From Octopus bimaculoides (taxonomy: Eukaryota): a stretch of 64,000 bases of DNA. A program made the position numbers and the translations under genes. Under the pieces are notes generated by a model. That model was not told the DNA's origin. It did not search any database and was given only the letters and a program-made list of their open reading frames with translations. This document shows, in pieces, positions 49,926 to 62,900 of this stretch (position 1 is its first letter; each line of letters opens with the position of its first letter). The DNA lies in the NCBI RefSeq assembly GCF_001194135.2, contig NC_068998.1:31073937-31137936 (forward strand). Direction: 5' to 3'.

Positions 49926-50259
49926 CCATGGTCATTCATGACCAAAGGGGGTCTTTACTTACTATATGCATGAATGTATATTGCCACAGCAGCTAGTGAC
50001 ATTTTTTTACACTTAGAGCATGACATCAAAACTAGGTAACACAAATGCATGCGCACATATGTTCGTATGTGTATGCACATGCACACACACACACACGCAC
50101 ACAGAGAGGAATAGTTGTTAAAAAAGAGGCAGTAGTTTGTTATTTCTTTAACTTGAACACTGACGCTGCTGCTGTCACCCAAACTTTAACTATTGCCCTT
50201 TTTCTTTTATTAGACTTTTTCAATGTCCTCATTCAACACCCACCTCCTTTTAAATATTG

Positions 50260-50465
50260 GTTTGAAATTTTGGCACAAGACCAGCAATTTAAAGGAAGGC
50301 GTAAGTTGATTACGTCAGCTCTAGTGCTCAACTGGTACTTATTTTATTAACTATAAAAGGATAAAAGGCAAAGTCAACCTTAGTGGAATTTGAACTCAGA
50401 ACATAGAGATAGACAAAATGTCACTAAGCATTTTGCCCGGCATGCTAATGATCCTGCCACCTCAC
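50260..50465 (-). mobile_element. tRNA SINE, same family as 3217-3448
   Basis: GGATAAAAGGCAAAGTCAACC..GAATTTGAACTCAGAAC. Confidence 0.75.
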
Positions 50466-51979
50466 TTACCACCTCCTCCTTTTAAATATTGGTATTTGCA
50501 ATATCATGCCTGAATAATTTATTGCTGGATACCAATAAATTTGATTTGCATGACTTTTTGCCACTGCACCACACTGCTGTAGCTGACTACTATAAGCTTA
50601 CATGATATGCATTTAGTTTTATTGACTAATTCACAATTTAAAGACTGTTATTATTGTTGATGTTATGTTTAGTGTGGTTATTGCTATTGCTATGAATGAA
50701 GTAAACAAATAGTTTCTGAAAATATTACATTTAAATCCCTTTAATGTTAGTATTTAAACAGGAGTCAAAATCTTAAAAACTATTTAGCTAATGTATCACC
50801 ACTCATACTCCTACCTTTCACCACAGTACCCATACAAAAATCTTCCACTGGTTATTTTGAGAAGCACTACTTATTCACATCATTGTCATTTCATATCTGC
50901 TTTCCATGCTGTTATGGGCTGGATGATTTGATTCCAATAGGTTCCAATAGTTTGGAGGATCATGTCTTACTTCAGTGTCTCAGTTTTGGCATAGTATCTG
51001 CAGCTGGATACATCTCCTAATATCATCTATTTTATAGAGTCTAGTGGTTGCTTTGTTCATGGAAACAGCTCTAGTGAGGTCACATTGTAACTTAGAGGAT
51101 GAAGGAGTCCCTCAAATGAGAGGGAGAATTTTAGAGAGGGTCGTGGCATTGTGTAAACTTTCAGTTGTTAAAGTATGATAGCAGGGATGGGAATAGATTT
51201 GTTGTGGAGATGATTCATCTTTTCTTATTTGTCTTGTGTCTATTTTTCCTTGTTAGCAAAGATCAGATGAATACATATTATTGAAACATTGTTTTTCATG
51301 TAAGAGATTTTGTATTCTGTATGTTTTTGTAAGTGTAGAGCTAGTGGACAGTTCATTGACAAGGATATGTGACACACTTCATTGTTCGTAGTTCACATTT
51401 TTTTCTTTTTTGCAATGTGCAGGAAGTAAATATTCACACACACACACATACACACTCTTGATGGACTTCATACAGTTTTGTCTACCAAATACCAAATTTA
51501 CTCACAAGTTATTGGTTCACCATACATAAGATATTTGTTCAAGATATTGTGCAGTAGGAGTGAACTTGACACCATCTGCTTGTGAAGTTGTTAACCACAT
51601 AGTTATTCTTGGGCCTGCCTGTCTGTCTGCATGCCTTCTTGCCTGCTCATCCATAAGCAGTCATATCCTGCATATTTTTTTAAGGTGTAGAGCCAGCCAT
51701 TCCCTCTGAAAGAGGAAATGACAACAATATCATCACTTATAATCCTGTAATTTTTTGAGAAGTGCAAATGTAAATAAACAGACAAACTCAGAAAGAAAGA
51801 GAGACAGAGACAGAGTGAGAATGAGAATGGGCTTTGTATAGTTTCTGTGTACTATTTTCATTTATAAGGCATTGGTCAGCCGAGACTATAGCAGTAGACA
51901 GTTGCCCAAGGTGCAATGGAACTGAATTTGAAATTATGTGGTTGTGAAACAGCCCATCTGTTAAATGTATGTATGTATG

Positions 51980-52060
<81 letters not shown>

Positions 52061-52505
52061 TTCAGTTAAAAGGATTCATTAAGAATCAATGCACATTATG
52101 TAGAACACCAGTGATTGGCTAGAAGAATCACAGACAGCAAACAGGGAAATAATCCATCATCATAGATGCCAATTACACAGAATTTGCTACTGTTGTTAGG
52201 TAATTCTCAATTTCAATTATTTACCAATGATCTGATTAATAGGAGAACTCTTAGTGTGGCACAAGTATAATCAATAACAGATAAATGGAATATAAGTTCT
52301 GTCAAATTTTCCATTTTATGCCAGCAATGACAGTGAATATAAATTGATAATGATGATATATAATATAAATGTGTGTGTATGCATATAATACATACACATA
52401 TGTATATAGGGAAAGAGAGAGAGAACCTTTTTGGTAATACTAATGCACATCTACATCAAGAAAATTGAAAATGTTTCCACTTATTTTATTTCTCTTCTGT
52501 TCCAG

Positions 52506-52649
52506 ATGGTTTTGATTTTAAAAAAGGAGGTTGTAAAGACAAATAATGTTGAGTATGAAGATACTGGGAAATACCGACAGTTACTGGTGCGTACTCTGCA
52601 TCAATGCAGCGTTAAATTTCCTGATGTTGCCAGTGCTATAATACCAGTG
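52506..52649 (+). CDS. COPB1: Coatomer subunit beta, internal exon ([48 protein letters not shown])
   Basis: CAG acceptor, GTAAGT donor at 52650; 144 nt; follows a 35,563-bp intron; beta-COP motif [17 protein letters not shown]. Confidence 0.97.
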
Positions 52650-52859
52650 GTAAGTCTTTTTTGTTATTTGCTAGTTATATTGACAGGCAACCCCAATAGC
52701 TTTTTTCTCAATTTTCAGCTGTGTAGAGAACAATAAGGCTATTTATGCTATGTTGTAAAATATGTGATTAAGAATATTAAGACAGAGCAATTAATTAGAT
52801 CACCAAGGTAGTCACCATAATGCTGGAAACACCTAGTGAAGGAGGATTTTCCCTGTTTA

Positions 52860-53830
52860 CTTATATTGTTGATCAGATAGTGCATAAGGTGTTATCCCAG
52901 TCAGAGAACTAGCTTAGATGAGATGGAGTTGCAGTTGTGTGGCATGTGATGCTTCTAATGCTCACTTCTTAGCAAGGTAATTGCAAGAGAAGTTTATAGC
53001 CAAGAAGTCATTATACCTAGCATTTTTTTTGAGAGGGTTCATGCTCTGTAATCCAGTGGTTTCTTAGAAAATGGGAACAGAATGTTTTGTGAGAGCCATA
53101 CAAGGATTGTTGTGAAAGTTGGCAGTGCTTACAATGAGGTATTTAGTGTGCAGATAAGTGTTCATCAGGTTTTAATCACCCTTCTATTTATTATTGTTCT
53201 CCAAACTATAGTGGAAGAGTTTAAGAGTCTGTCCATTAGAACTTCTGTATATTGATAACCTAGTTCTTATATCTACGCAAGCCAATGAAGGAAAGTTCTA
53301 AACATGGAAGGAGGGTTTAGAATTGAGAGGCTTTAAGGTCAATTTAGCAAACTATGAGTACACAAGTGATGTGAGATCTTGGGTATGTTGAGAGAGGGGA
53401 ATTTATATGTAAGAGAAATGCACAGGAGTACCTAGCACTTAGAATACTTGATTTTCTCAGTTGCCATGAAGGCTCATTAGAATTAGTTGACAGCTTCTGC
53501 CAAATAACCTAATCAACAGAGGAGATTGATGTGATGAAAGCATAGTAACCAGATAAAGACAAGGTGGAAAATGTTCAAGGAACTATTACCTGTTTACAAC
53601 AGAGGCTTCTCTCTCTGTTTGTTTGATTGTCTGTATGATGCTTATGTATGAAGTGCAGTATTATATGGTAGTAAGCCAAGGACACTGAACATGGAGAATA
53701 TGCAAAGACTGAAAAGAAATGAAACAAGCATACTCTACTGGGTATATAATGTTAGTGTGCATAAATGATAGGGCATCAGAGTTATCTGCTGTTGTGTACA
53801 AGAGAGAAAACTCTGAAGGTATGAATGTGT
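52860..53830 (+). mobile_element. Strongly decayed RTE RT fragment
   Basis: Nucleotide similarity to 36140-37250; no open frame. Confidence 0.65.
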
Positions 53831-53877
53831 GATATGCTTAAAGAATGACTGTTGGGTGAAAATGTCAAATGATATAC

Positions 53878-54100
53878 ATGCTGAGATCCCCTTCGGTCAT
53901 GACTGACCATGGGATTGCACCTAGAAAGTTACCCTCTGAGGCACAAGTCCAGGCAAGGTTGGTTTTCCATGGAAGACCAGCAGTCGCCCATGCATACTGG
54001 TCTTGCTCAAGAACACAACACGCAGCCCGGTCCGGGATTCGAACTCAACCTCGCGATCGTAAGCTTGACGCTCTAACCACTGAGCCATGAGCCTTCACAA
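53878..54100 (-). mobile_element. Young tRNA/CORE-like SINE
   Basis: Minus strand TGGCTCAGTGGTTAGAGCG A box and GAGTTCGAATCCC B box; CpGs retained. Confidence 0.8.
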
Positions 54101-54306
54101 TGATATACATAGGAACTTTTTAAAGAGGATGTTTGAAAAAGATGTGAGTAGAAGTGGTTAACGCTGATATAGGATGCTAAGCCTTGGAAAGATACCAACA
54201 AAGACTTGTGACTAAACCAACCAATACCAACATGGAATAGTGGATACATAAATAATGCTAATTCATTTTCTTTTGCTAATTTTCTCTTTAATTATTGCTG
54301 TGCATC

Positions 54307-54536
54307 AGTTTAACTTACCTCATAATATGATAAGGAATAAAAATAATGAATAAAAAATATATATAAAGAAACAAACCTAAAAGACATTAATATTATTATT
54401 AAAAGTTATATTTGAATATTTTTAGCTCGTAACTTTTAATAATAATATTAATGTCTTTAACTTAGGGATTACATTACAGGTTTGTTTCTTTATATATATT
54501 TTTTATTCTTTAACATATTATGAGGTAAGTTAAACT
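54307..54536. repeat. AT-rich fold-back, arms of about 100 bp, 21-nt loop, immediately upstream of an HHR
   Basis: 54307-54408 is reverse complementary to 54430-54536, with indels. Confidence 0.8.
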
Positions 54537-54562
54537 TTTAGGTTTTTAGATCTTTTAGGTGT

Positions 54563-54683
54563 TTGACCTGAAGAGTGACTGCTTTTGGGAGTAAACTCAT
54601 TTTTCCATTCTAATGAACTTGGATATGGTTTTCTTATATGATTTTATATAGTCCTAATTCAGCCATGAAACGCGCGTAGTCGA
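54563..54683 (+). ncRNA. Type-I hammerhead ribozyme with an extended stem II loop
   Basis: Stem I TTGAC/GTCGA; CTGAAGA 54568-54574; GTGACTG...CAGCCAT (one mismatch) around a loop of about 78 nt; GAAAC GCGC GTA. Confidence 0.72.
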
Positions 54684-54945
54684 TGTACAAGTACTTACTT
54701 TTATACATTATATTATTGTATTAATTTTTATTATTCAATTTATACTTTATTTGATTTTTCTCGCCCATTTTTCTATTTAAGGTTTTCTTCAATATTTTTT
54801 TAAAAAATAGGATGAATCTATATTAAATTCATTTGTTTTGTTCATTACGCATCCATGACCGTTATTTGAAACGACCACTCAAACAGATCTGTGTGTTTCA
54901 AATTTTATATTACTTTTGATTGCATTGTTATTCCTTTCCATTTCT

Positions 54946-54991
54946 AACAAAACTGTCCGATGAACGGGAACGTGAAACTCAGTCTTTTGTT
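54946..54991 (+). ncRNA. Hammerhead-like motif with a 4-nt insertion before the core
   Basis: Stem I AACAAAA/TTTTGTT; CTGT + CCGATGA; stem II ACG-GGAA-CGT; GAAAC TCA GTC. Confidence 0.6.
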
Positions 54992-56184
54992 ATATTTCTG
55001 CTGCTTTTAAATAAAGCATATTACTCAACATCTGGTATTTGAGTACTCTTTTTTCCACCTTGTTGCACATTTTATGTGCTTACTCCGGTATATATATATA
55101 TACATACACACACGTGTGTGTGTGGAAGAAGTGGTATTAACATCATACATCTAAATCACATTCATCTTATCATTGGACATTGAAATATGTACTAATAAAT
55201 AAATTTTACTTACACACTCTCAACTCTTATATTTAAAAAAAAATACCAAAGACTTGGTGCTTTCGTGTGTGCTCATGAGAAGCACAAACCAATTAAAACA
55301 GGTGATGACATTCTGGTGTCTTGAATCATTCATACTTTGTTTATCTTGCTGTCATTAAAACTGATACTGATAATGACAAGGATAATGTTATTGTAATGAT
55401 AATAATAATTACGATAATCATAAAAATTTTGTCCTTTGTTACAATCTCCTTTAGTATTATTTTCAATATAGAATTTTTTGAAAATGCATGTAGTATGATA
55501 GATAAAGCAGTTTAAGATATGAAGACTGGGAAAACCTCTAGTCAATCAGGAATTACTTCCAAGATGCTTCAAATATCTAGCAGAGTAGGGTATAGTCTAG
55601 TCACCAATATAGTTAATCAGGTTTTACAGAACATGTCTTACCTGAGTGATATCTTGGTGAAACTTGAGATTCCAGAAGCACAATGTATGTATGCATATGT
55701 ATGGGTGTATATAGACATAGACATACAGACAACTAAGCCCTCATTCAATTTCTTCCTCAAGTATTCCTCACTGCTTATCATCTCTCATTCACTAACAACT
55801 TTTAACTATAGTATTCTGTGACTGTAGTAATTAAATTGCCTATTTCAACATCTTTTTCTATGATACCAGTTCTCTTTCTCATTGCCTGGAACCACTTCAC
55901 TTTTAGTCTAGCCTTCATCCCTAATATTGCTCTTTGTCACTCACATTTTACATTGATCATCATTTTGTGTTAGCAAATGATCTGTCCTTCTCAACCTCCA
56001 TACATCTCTTACTCTCCTCATGTGTTACATATCCGCTCACTCTTTCGAACTACCCACCCACATATCATTGCCCTTTTTCTCATCCCTTCCTTGTCAGCAG
56101 ATTAGTTATAATAATGTATCAATATTAGGTATCCCTATAGAGTGCTGTACAATGGAGACAAGCACAGTTTGAACATAAATAAAT

Positions 56185-57420
56185 TTTTGTATGAAAAATT
56201 ATATATCATTTGAAAGCTTTGGATGTGAACTTCTCATATATGCAACAGTTACATATCATGTTAGGGTCCCTCAAACATCCTGGTCTTTTCATGCATTTTC
56301 CATGTTTGTCTTTTTTTTTATCTGCTAAACAGTAGCTCTTGTTCTAGTTCAATGTGCTCGAGCACTATAACTCGAGTTTAGTTAAAAATTATATACACAC
56401 ATAAATGAATGTTTGAGCTTTATTTTGATATAAAAATCAGATAATCGTTATGAAATATAAAAGTGAAAATTTTATTGTTAATTTTCACTTAGAAAAGAAC
56501 ATAATTTCTTCAAGAGTTTTAGACCATTAGAAAAATTTTTTGCTAAATCATCATGAAGATTGCTGATTCTGACCAAGGTAGGGCAAAAAAGCACAAAGTG
56601 AAAAAACGAAGGTGGTATACTGATGCTTTTTGTATATGATTAGCACATATTGACGCTACTTGTCAAACTGATGGCTTCCCACTCAGCAAAAGGTCATGCA
56701 CAAAACAAATTCAAGGATTCAAATATCAATTTTGATCCAGAATTTCAAGAAATGGACAAATTAATTGGTAAGTCAACATATTTCTCCAAGAATTTGCACT
56801 AAATTCAGTTAAATAGGGCCTCTAGAGTCCAAAATTAGCAGGTAATTGTCATATTGATGTTTATTCCTTATTGCTTTGTACTGAGCAATATATGAATTTT
56901 ATCTCTTACATATTCTTGTATGAGTGAATTTCATATTTCTTAGAGAAATATTGGTCTGTTTTCATCAATAAAAATTATATTGTGCAGTGAATATTATTTT
57001 GTTGGCTATTAAAATCTGATGTGATGTTTTAAAAATTTTTTCCACAATTTTGAATACAGTTGGATGTTTTTTCATAATGCTTACATTTTCACAAGTGCTG
57101 ATTTTCACTTTATATTTCGTAACAATTATTTGGTGTACCACCATTGAGATTTATATTGAAATAAATCTAAAAAATTCCTCTGCCTGCATGTATGATTATC
57201 AACACAACTTAAGTTATAGCGCTCAAATGCACTGAACTAGATTGAGGGCTACCATTTAGCAGTCAAAGAAATTACTGGATAAACTTTGTGAACGAGTGGA
57301 AATACCAGAGTATTTGAGGTTCACTGACATCTTATGAAAGTGTTAGATTTTGATTAAAACTATATGAGAACAAAGTTCATATCCAGAACTTTCAAATGAT
57401 ATATAATTTCCCAAGGAAAA
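56185..57420. repeat. Imperfect inverted repeat (about 100-bp arms); possible decayed DNA transposon
   Basis: AAATTATATATCATTTGAAAGCTTTGGATGTGAACTT at about 56197 versus AAGTTCATATCCAGAACTTTCAAATGATATATAATTT at about 57373. Confidence 0.45.
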
Positions 57421-58570
57421 TAGGTATTTTGTCATGAAAATGATGTACAAAAAATGGGGTTTTGTATGGTCAAGTTTTGTGTGTCATCCCTTCTAGAGAT
57501 CTATTCAAGGATACTTATTAAATTTATTGTAAAACTCCAAACTTAGAAAGATTCAGTTTTGTACCCCATACCAGTGTATCAAAACTGAACTCCCTATAGA
57601 CAATGGATCACAGTATAACCATGCCTGAATATACCTGAAATGCTTGTGATAGCTGTAATTTCATGTAATTATTTGTAGGATTTGTTGGATTTTCTCCATT
57701 TTGATGGGGATTTTCCCTGTTTTTTTTTTATCACCATAGCCTTAGAAAGGAAGACAGGAAGCTTTTTATAAAACAAAATTTTCAAAAATTTTTGATTTAT
57801 TTAACCCACCCCTTCCTGCTGCCCTGAACTGATTTGGGCCAAATGTTTTGGCACCAGGCACTTAAAAAGCAATAAGAGAAGTAAGTCTTTGTGGCAGGAG
57901 AAAAAAGTTATGAAAATATCTTGAGGGGGAAAAGGTTTGTGCTTTAAAGGAGATTTAGCTGCTGTTTCTAGTGTCTTACCAGGTCATTATGGGATGTGCT
58001 AGAAACAGCAGCTAAATTTCTCTTAAATCACTTACCTTTTTGTCTCAAAATATTTTCATTTTTATTCCTATTATAATTGCTTTATCTCCAATTGCTTTTT
58101 AAGTGCCTAGTTCAAGAAAGATTGGCCAAAACCAGTCTACAAATTAAATCATATATTCCAAAATTTTTTTCAAGCTTCCCCTCCCCATCATGTCCAAAGC
58201 TATGGTGATAAAATAATGGGGGAAAATCCAACTTACATAGCCATTTTTAATCGTCTGTTAAAATTTTATGGAAATACTGTCATGTCCCATGATTATTTAC
58301 CTTCATACCTACTACAAATGTGTCAAAACTCAAGTTCCTGTAGCTTGTAGTTTTGGGTTTAGGTAGTTCTGAAAACACTTAAAAAATCAATCATATAATA
58401 AACATATAACAAAATGGGCTTTACATTAATATTTAAAATATGGCCAAAAACGGTTTTCTTTCTTAGAACCTGAAAAAAATTAGGCAGCTACTATACTACA
58501 GTCACTATTAATTTGTGTAATTTGAAGATGACTATCACCTCAGTTTCAAAGATATGACATCACAAAGCGA

Positions 58571-60825
58571 TCAAGAGTATGAAGACAGGAAAAGCCCCCG
58601 GCCCATCAGGAATCACTGCAGAGATGCTCAAAATATCTAACTGTGTTGGCTATAGCCTAATGACCCGTATAGTTAATCAGGTAATACACGAAGGAGTCAT
58701 ACCCAATGAATGGTGTAGCAGCACCATAGTCAACTGCTACAAAGGTAAAGGTGACACCCTAGACACAAACAACTACAGAGGTATCAAGTTGTTGGACCAG
58801 GTAATGAAAGTCACGGAGACGGTCATAGCCCAACAAATTAGGGAAGAATCAGTTTAGATGAGATGCAGTTTGGGTTCATTCCAGGAAAAATCACCACTGA
58901 TGCTATATTTCTGGTAAGACAGCTGCAGGAGAAACACCTAGCCAAAGATAAACTTCTGTACCTGGCTTTTGTTGACATGGAGAAAGCCTTTGACAGGGTT
59001 CCCCCTCCCTTATCTAGTGGTCAATGAGAAAACTAGGGATAGATGAGNNNNNNNNNNNNNNNNNNNNNNNNNNNNNNNNNNNNNNNNNNNNNNNNNNNNN
59101 NNNNNNNNNNNNNNNNNNNNNNNNNNNNNNNNNNNNNNNNNNNNNNNNNNNNNNNNNNNNNNNNNNNNNNNNNNNNNNNNNNNNNNNNNNNNNNNNNNNN
59201 NNNNNNNNNNNNNNNNNNNNNNNNNNNNNNNNNNNNNNNNNNNNNNNNNNNNNNNNNNNNNNNNNNNNNNNNNNNNNNNNNNNNNNNNNNNNNNNNNNNN
59301 NNNNNNNNNNNNNNNNNNNNNNNNNNNNNNNNNNNNNNNNNNNNNNNNNNNNNNNNNNNNNNNNNNNNNNNNNNNNNNNNNNNNNNNNNNNNNNNNNNNN
59401 NNNNNNNNNNNNNNNNNNNNNNNNNNNNNNNNNNNNNNNNNNNNNNNNNNNNNNNNNNNNNNNNNNNNNNNNNNNNNNNNNNNNNNNNNNNNNNNNNNNN
59501 NNNNNNNNNNNNNNNNNNNNNNNNNNNNNNNNNNNNNNNNNNNNNNNNNNNNNNNNNNNNNNNNNNNNNNNNNNNNNNNNNNNNNNNNNNNNNNNNNNNN
59601 NNNNNNNNNNNNNNNNNNNNNNNNNNNNNNNNNNNNNNNNNNNNNNNNNNNNNNNNNNNNNNNNNNNNNNNNNNNNNNNNNNNNNNNNNNNNNNNNNNNN
59701 NNNNNNNNNNNNNNNNNNNNNNNNNNNNNNNNNNNNNNNNNNNNNNNNNNNNNNNNNNNNNNNNNNNNNNNNNNNNNNNNNNNNNNNNNNNNNNNNNNNN
59801 NNNNNNNNNNNNNNNNNNNNNNNNNNNNNNNNNNNNNNNGTGCATACCCGACAGAGTGTAAGTATCTTGAGAGAAAAGTTGAACCTAAGAAGCATTAGTT
59901 GTGGTGTGCAAGTGAGACGATTGCGCTGGTATGGTCATGTGGCGAGAATGGATGAGGATAGGTGTGTGAAAAAGTGCCATACCCTAACGGTTAAGGGAAC
60001 CCGTGGAAGAGGCAGGCCCAGGAAGACCTGGGATGAGGTGGTGAAGCATGACCTCCGAACATTGGGCCTCACTGAGGCAATGACTTCTGACCGAGACCTT
60101 TGGAAATATGCTGTGCGTGAGAAGACCCGGCAAGCCAAGTGAGNNNNNNNNNNNNNNNNNNNNNNNNNNNNNNNNNNNNNNNNNNNNNNNNNNNNNNNNN
60201 NNNNNNNNNNNNNNNNNNNNNNNNNNNNNNNNNNNNNNNNNNNNNNNNNNNNNNNNNNNNNNNNNNNNNNAGTGAAATCGACATCGAACTAAATTTGTAG
60301 ACCGGCACCCATGCCAACGTCTCTTTCATTGAACACTAAACTCGACTTGCAAAGACCTGTTGGGCAAGCGAAATCATGATGGCACCTGTACCAGTGGAGC
60401 ACTAAGGGCACTGTCCGAGCGTGATCGTTGCCAGAGCAGCTGTCTGGCTTCCGTGCCGGTGTCACGTAAATAGCACCATTTGAGCGTGATCATTCCTGGC
60501 ACTTGTGCCAGTGGCACGTGAAAAGACATTCGAGTGAGATCGTTGCCAGTGCCGCTGGACTGGCTCCTGTGCAGGTGGCACATAAAATACACCATTTCGA
60601 GCGCGGCCGTTGCCAGTACCGCCTGACTGGCCTTCGTGCGGGTGACACGTAAAAGCACCCACTACACTCTTGGAGTGGTTGGTGTTAGGAAGGGCATCCA
60701 GCTGTAGAAACTCTGCCAAATCAGATTGGCGCCTGGTGTAGCCATCCAGTTCACCAGTCCTCAGTCAAATCGTCCAACCCATGCTAGCATGGTTAGCGGA
60801 TGTTAAACGATGATGATGATGATGA
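58571..60825 (+). mobile_element. 5'-truncated RTE LINE (RT to tail), with N gaps
   Basis: MKTGKAPGPSGITAEMLK, RRLRWYGHVARMDED, GAT-repeat tail. Confidence 0.92.
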
Positions 60826-62333
60826 TTCATTTACGCAAGTTAGGTACAATTTCAACCATTTCACAGACCATTCAAATTGTCATATTTCCTAAAATATTCA
60901 TCCAAATTTCACAAATGAGGTATTAAAATGTTTGTTTTTGGATAATCTCCAAGAAAAAGTATAGTAGAAATTATATTTAACTATTTTCTAAAATTCATTG
61001 TGATACTTATTACTGTTTTCTACTCTTCACCCTTTTCTCTATCTTCCCTATTAACTCATATGTATCATCAATTACCCCTCCACCCCTACCCACCATTCAC
61101 TACTTGTACTCCTCAATTCTACTCAACCTTCATAGTCATCATCTAATCTTTTGTACCTTCCCTTCAATATATATTTATCACTGACTATTACTTAACATTT
61201 GTTCTTCATTCATTATATTCATCTTCTACTTTTCCATATGTCCTTGTAACCTCTACCCACCCACTCTCATGTTCTTCTGTTCGCCTACCTTAAGATTCCA
61301 CCCTGACATATTATCACCCTATTTTGTCTCTTTTTTCCAGCTCTACCCTGTTTACTCCTACCCATTTCTATAATGTGAGTAGACACAGAGCTCCTCTACA
61401 ACTAGAAATCTGGTCTGTTCTCTTCTTCTCTACTCTAATCTCTTGTCTCCTAGTATAAAGTAGCCCGTCTGCTTCTCTACTGTAGCCTTACTTAGTCAAA
61501 GGGTATTTTAGACTTGTGGGCTTCATGATGATCTCACTAGTACTGGTGTCAAGAAAATAATGCTCACATGTACTCTGTAAAGTGATTGGCGTGAAAAGAG
61601 CATCCCTCAATAGAAACCATGCCAAAGCAAACATAGGAGCACAAACCATTCTAAGAAGGAAGATAATCTAAAGTTCAGCTTGTGTGGGAGAAAAATTTCC
61701 TTCATCACATCAGTATATAACTGATACTTACTTTGCCAATTCCAGATGAGATGTAAGATATTTCTGACTTGGTTACATTGTTTTACTGTTTTTATTATGT
61801 TGATTGTCATTCTAAAATTTGATGTTGCGTCTATGAATGGTGGAGATGTTCTATACACGCAAGTGCTGTGTTTAATTTTGGTTCTGAGTTTGAAACCTAC
61901 TGGGTATCAAAAATTGTCTTTTTATCACTTAAGATAGGAGTGTGGTTAAAATTTTTTACAATCCCTTTCCGTAAGTTCATGACCTTGTACACTTGTTAGA
62001 AAACATCATCATTATTATCTTTTTCATCATCATCACCCCTATCATATAATTTCATCATTGACTTTCAGTATGTTTTTTAATAATTGAGAGCTGTCTACTG
62101 ATATGAGGGATTTATGCCCAATGAAGTAAGTACCAGTGGTGGATCAGAAAACTCCTATTTTCGGTAATAATATTGAATACTGGGTCTAATGCAAAGGGAT
62201 CCACATTATGAACTACGAATTACAGTAAAAATTCCATGATTCCATGACACAGCTCTTCAGATTCTAGTTTTAAGATGTTGTTTGTAATCTTTATTGAATG
62301 AGGCTTGTTTATTTTGTTTTGTGTTTTATACAG

Positions 62334-62479
62334 CTGATGGAGTTCCTCGGCGACCAGAATGAACTGGCTGCTGCTGATGTATTGGTGTTTGTCCGAGAAG
62401 CTGTTCAAAGGTTTGAGCAGCTGCAGCCATTGGTCATCACTAAATTACTTGAGGTTTTCCCCACCATAAAAGCTCTCAA
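62334..62479 (+). CDS. COPB1: Coatomer subunit beta, internal exon ([48 protein letters not shown] + AA)
   Basis: CAG acceptor, GTGAGT donor at 62480; 146 nt, ending in phase 2; matches [27 protein letters not shown]. Confidence 0.96.
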
Positions 62480-62689
62480 GTGAGTTACTTTACTCAGCTC
62501 TCTCTTACTCTCTTTTACTCATTCAGTCATCTTCCTCTCTCACACTTTATACTTTCTCTGTCTCCCTCTCTCTTTAGTTCCACCACCTCACATACACATC
62601 CAGACATTCATTTTTCTCCTCATTTCATTTTTCTCCCATATTTGATTTTTCACTTACAAATTTGTTAATCTCTCATACTCTTTACTCTT

Positions 62690-62900
62690 TTTTTACTCTT
62701 TTACTTGTTTCAATCATTTGACTGTGGCCATGCTGGAGCACCACCTTTAGTCGAGAAAATCGACCCCAGGACTTATTCTTTGTAAGCCTAGTACTTATTC
62801 TATTGGTCTCTTTTTGCCGAACCGCTAAGTTACGGGAACGTAAACACACCACCATGTGGTTGGTAAGCAAGCTACTTACCACACAGCCACTCCTGCGCCT
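62690..62900 (-). mobile_element. CORE-type SINE, internally deleted
   Basis: Tail homologous to 13370-13590, joined to a head fragment at about 62860-62900. Confidence 0.7.

Noticed and set aside
6850-60142. Long ORFs containing X runs
   Set aside because: Read-through of N gaps, not evidence of coding sequence.
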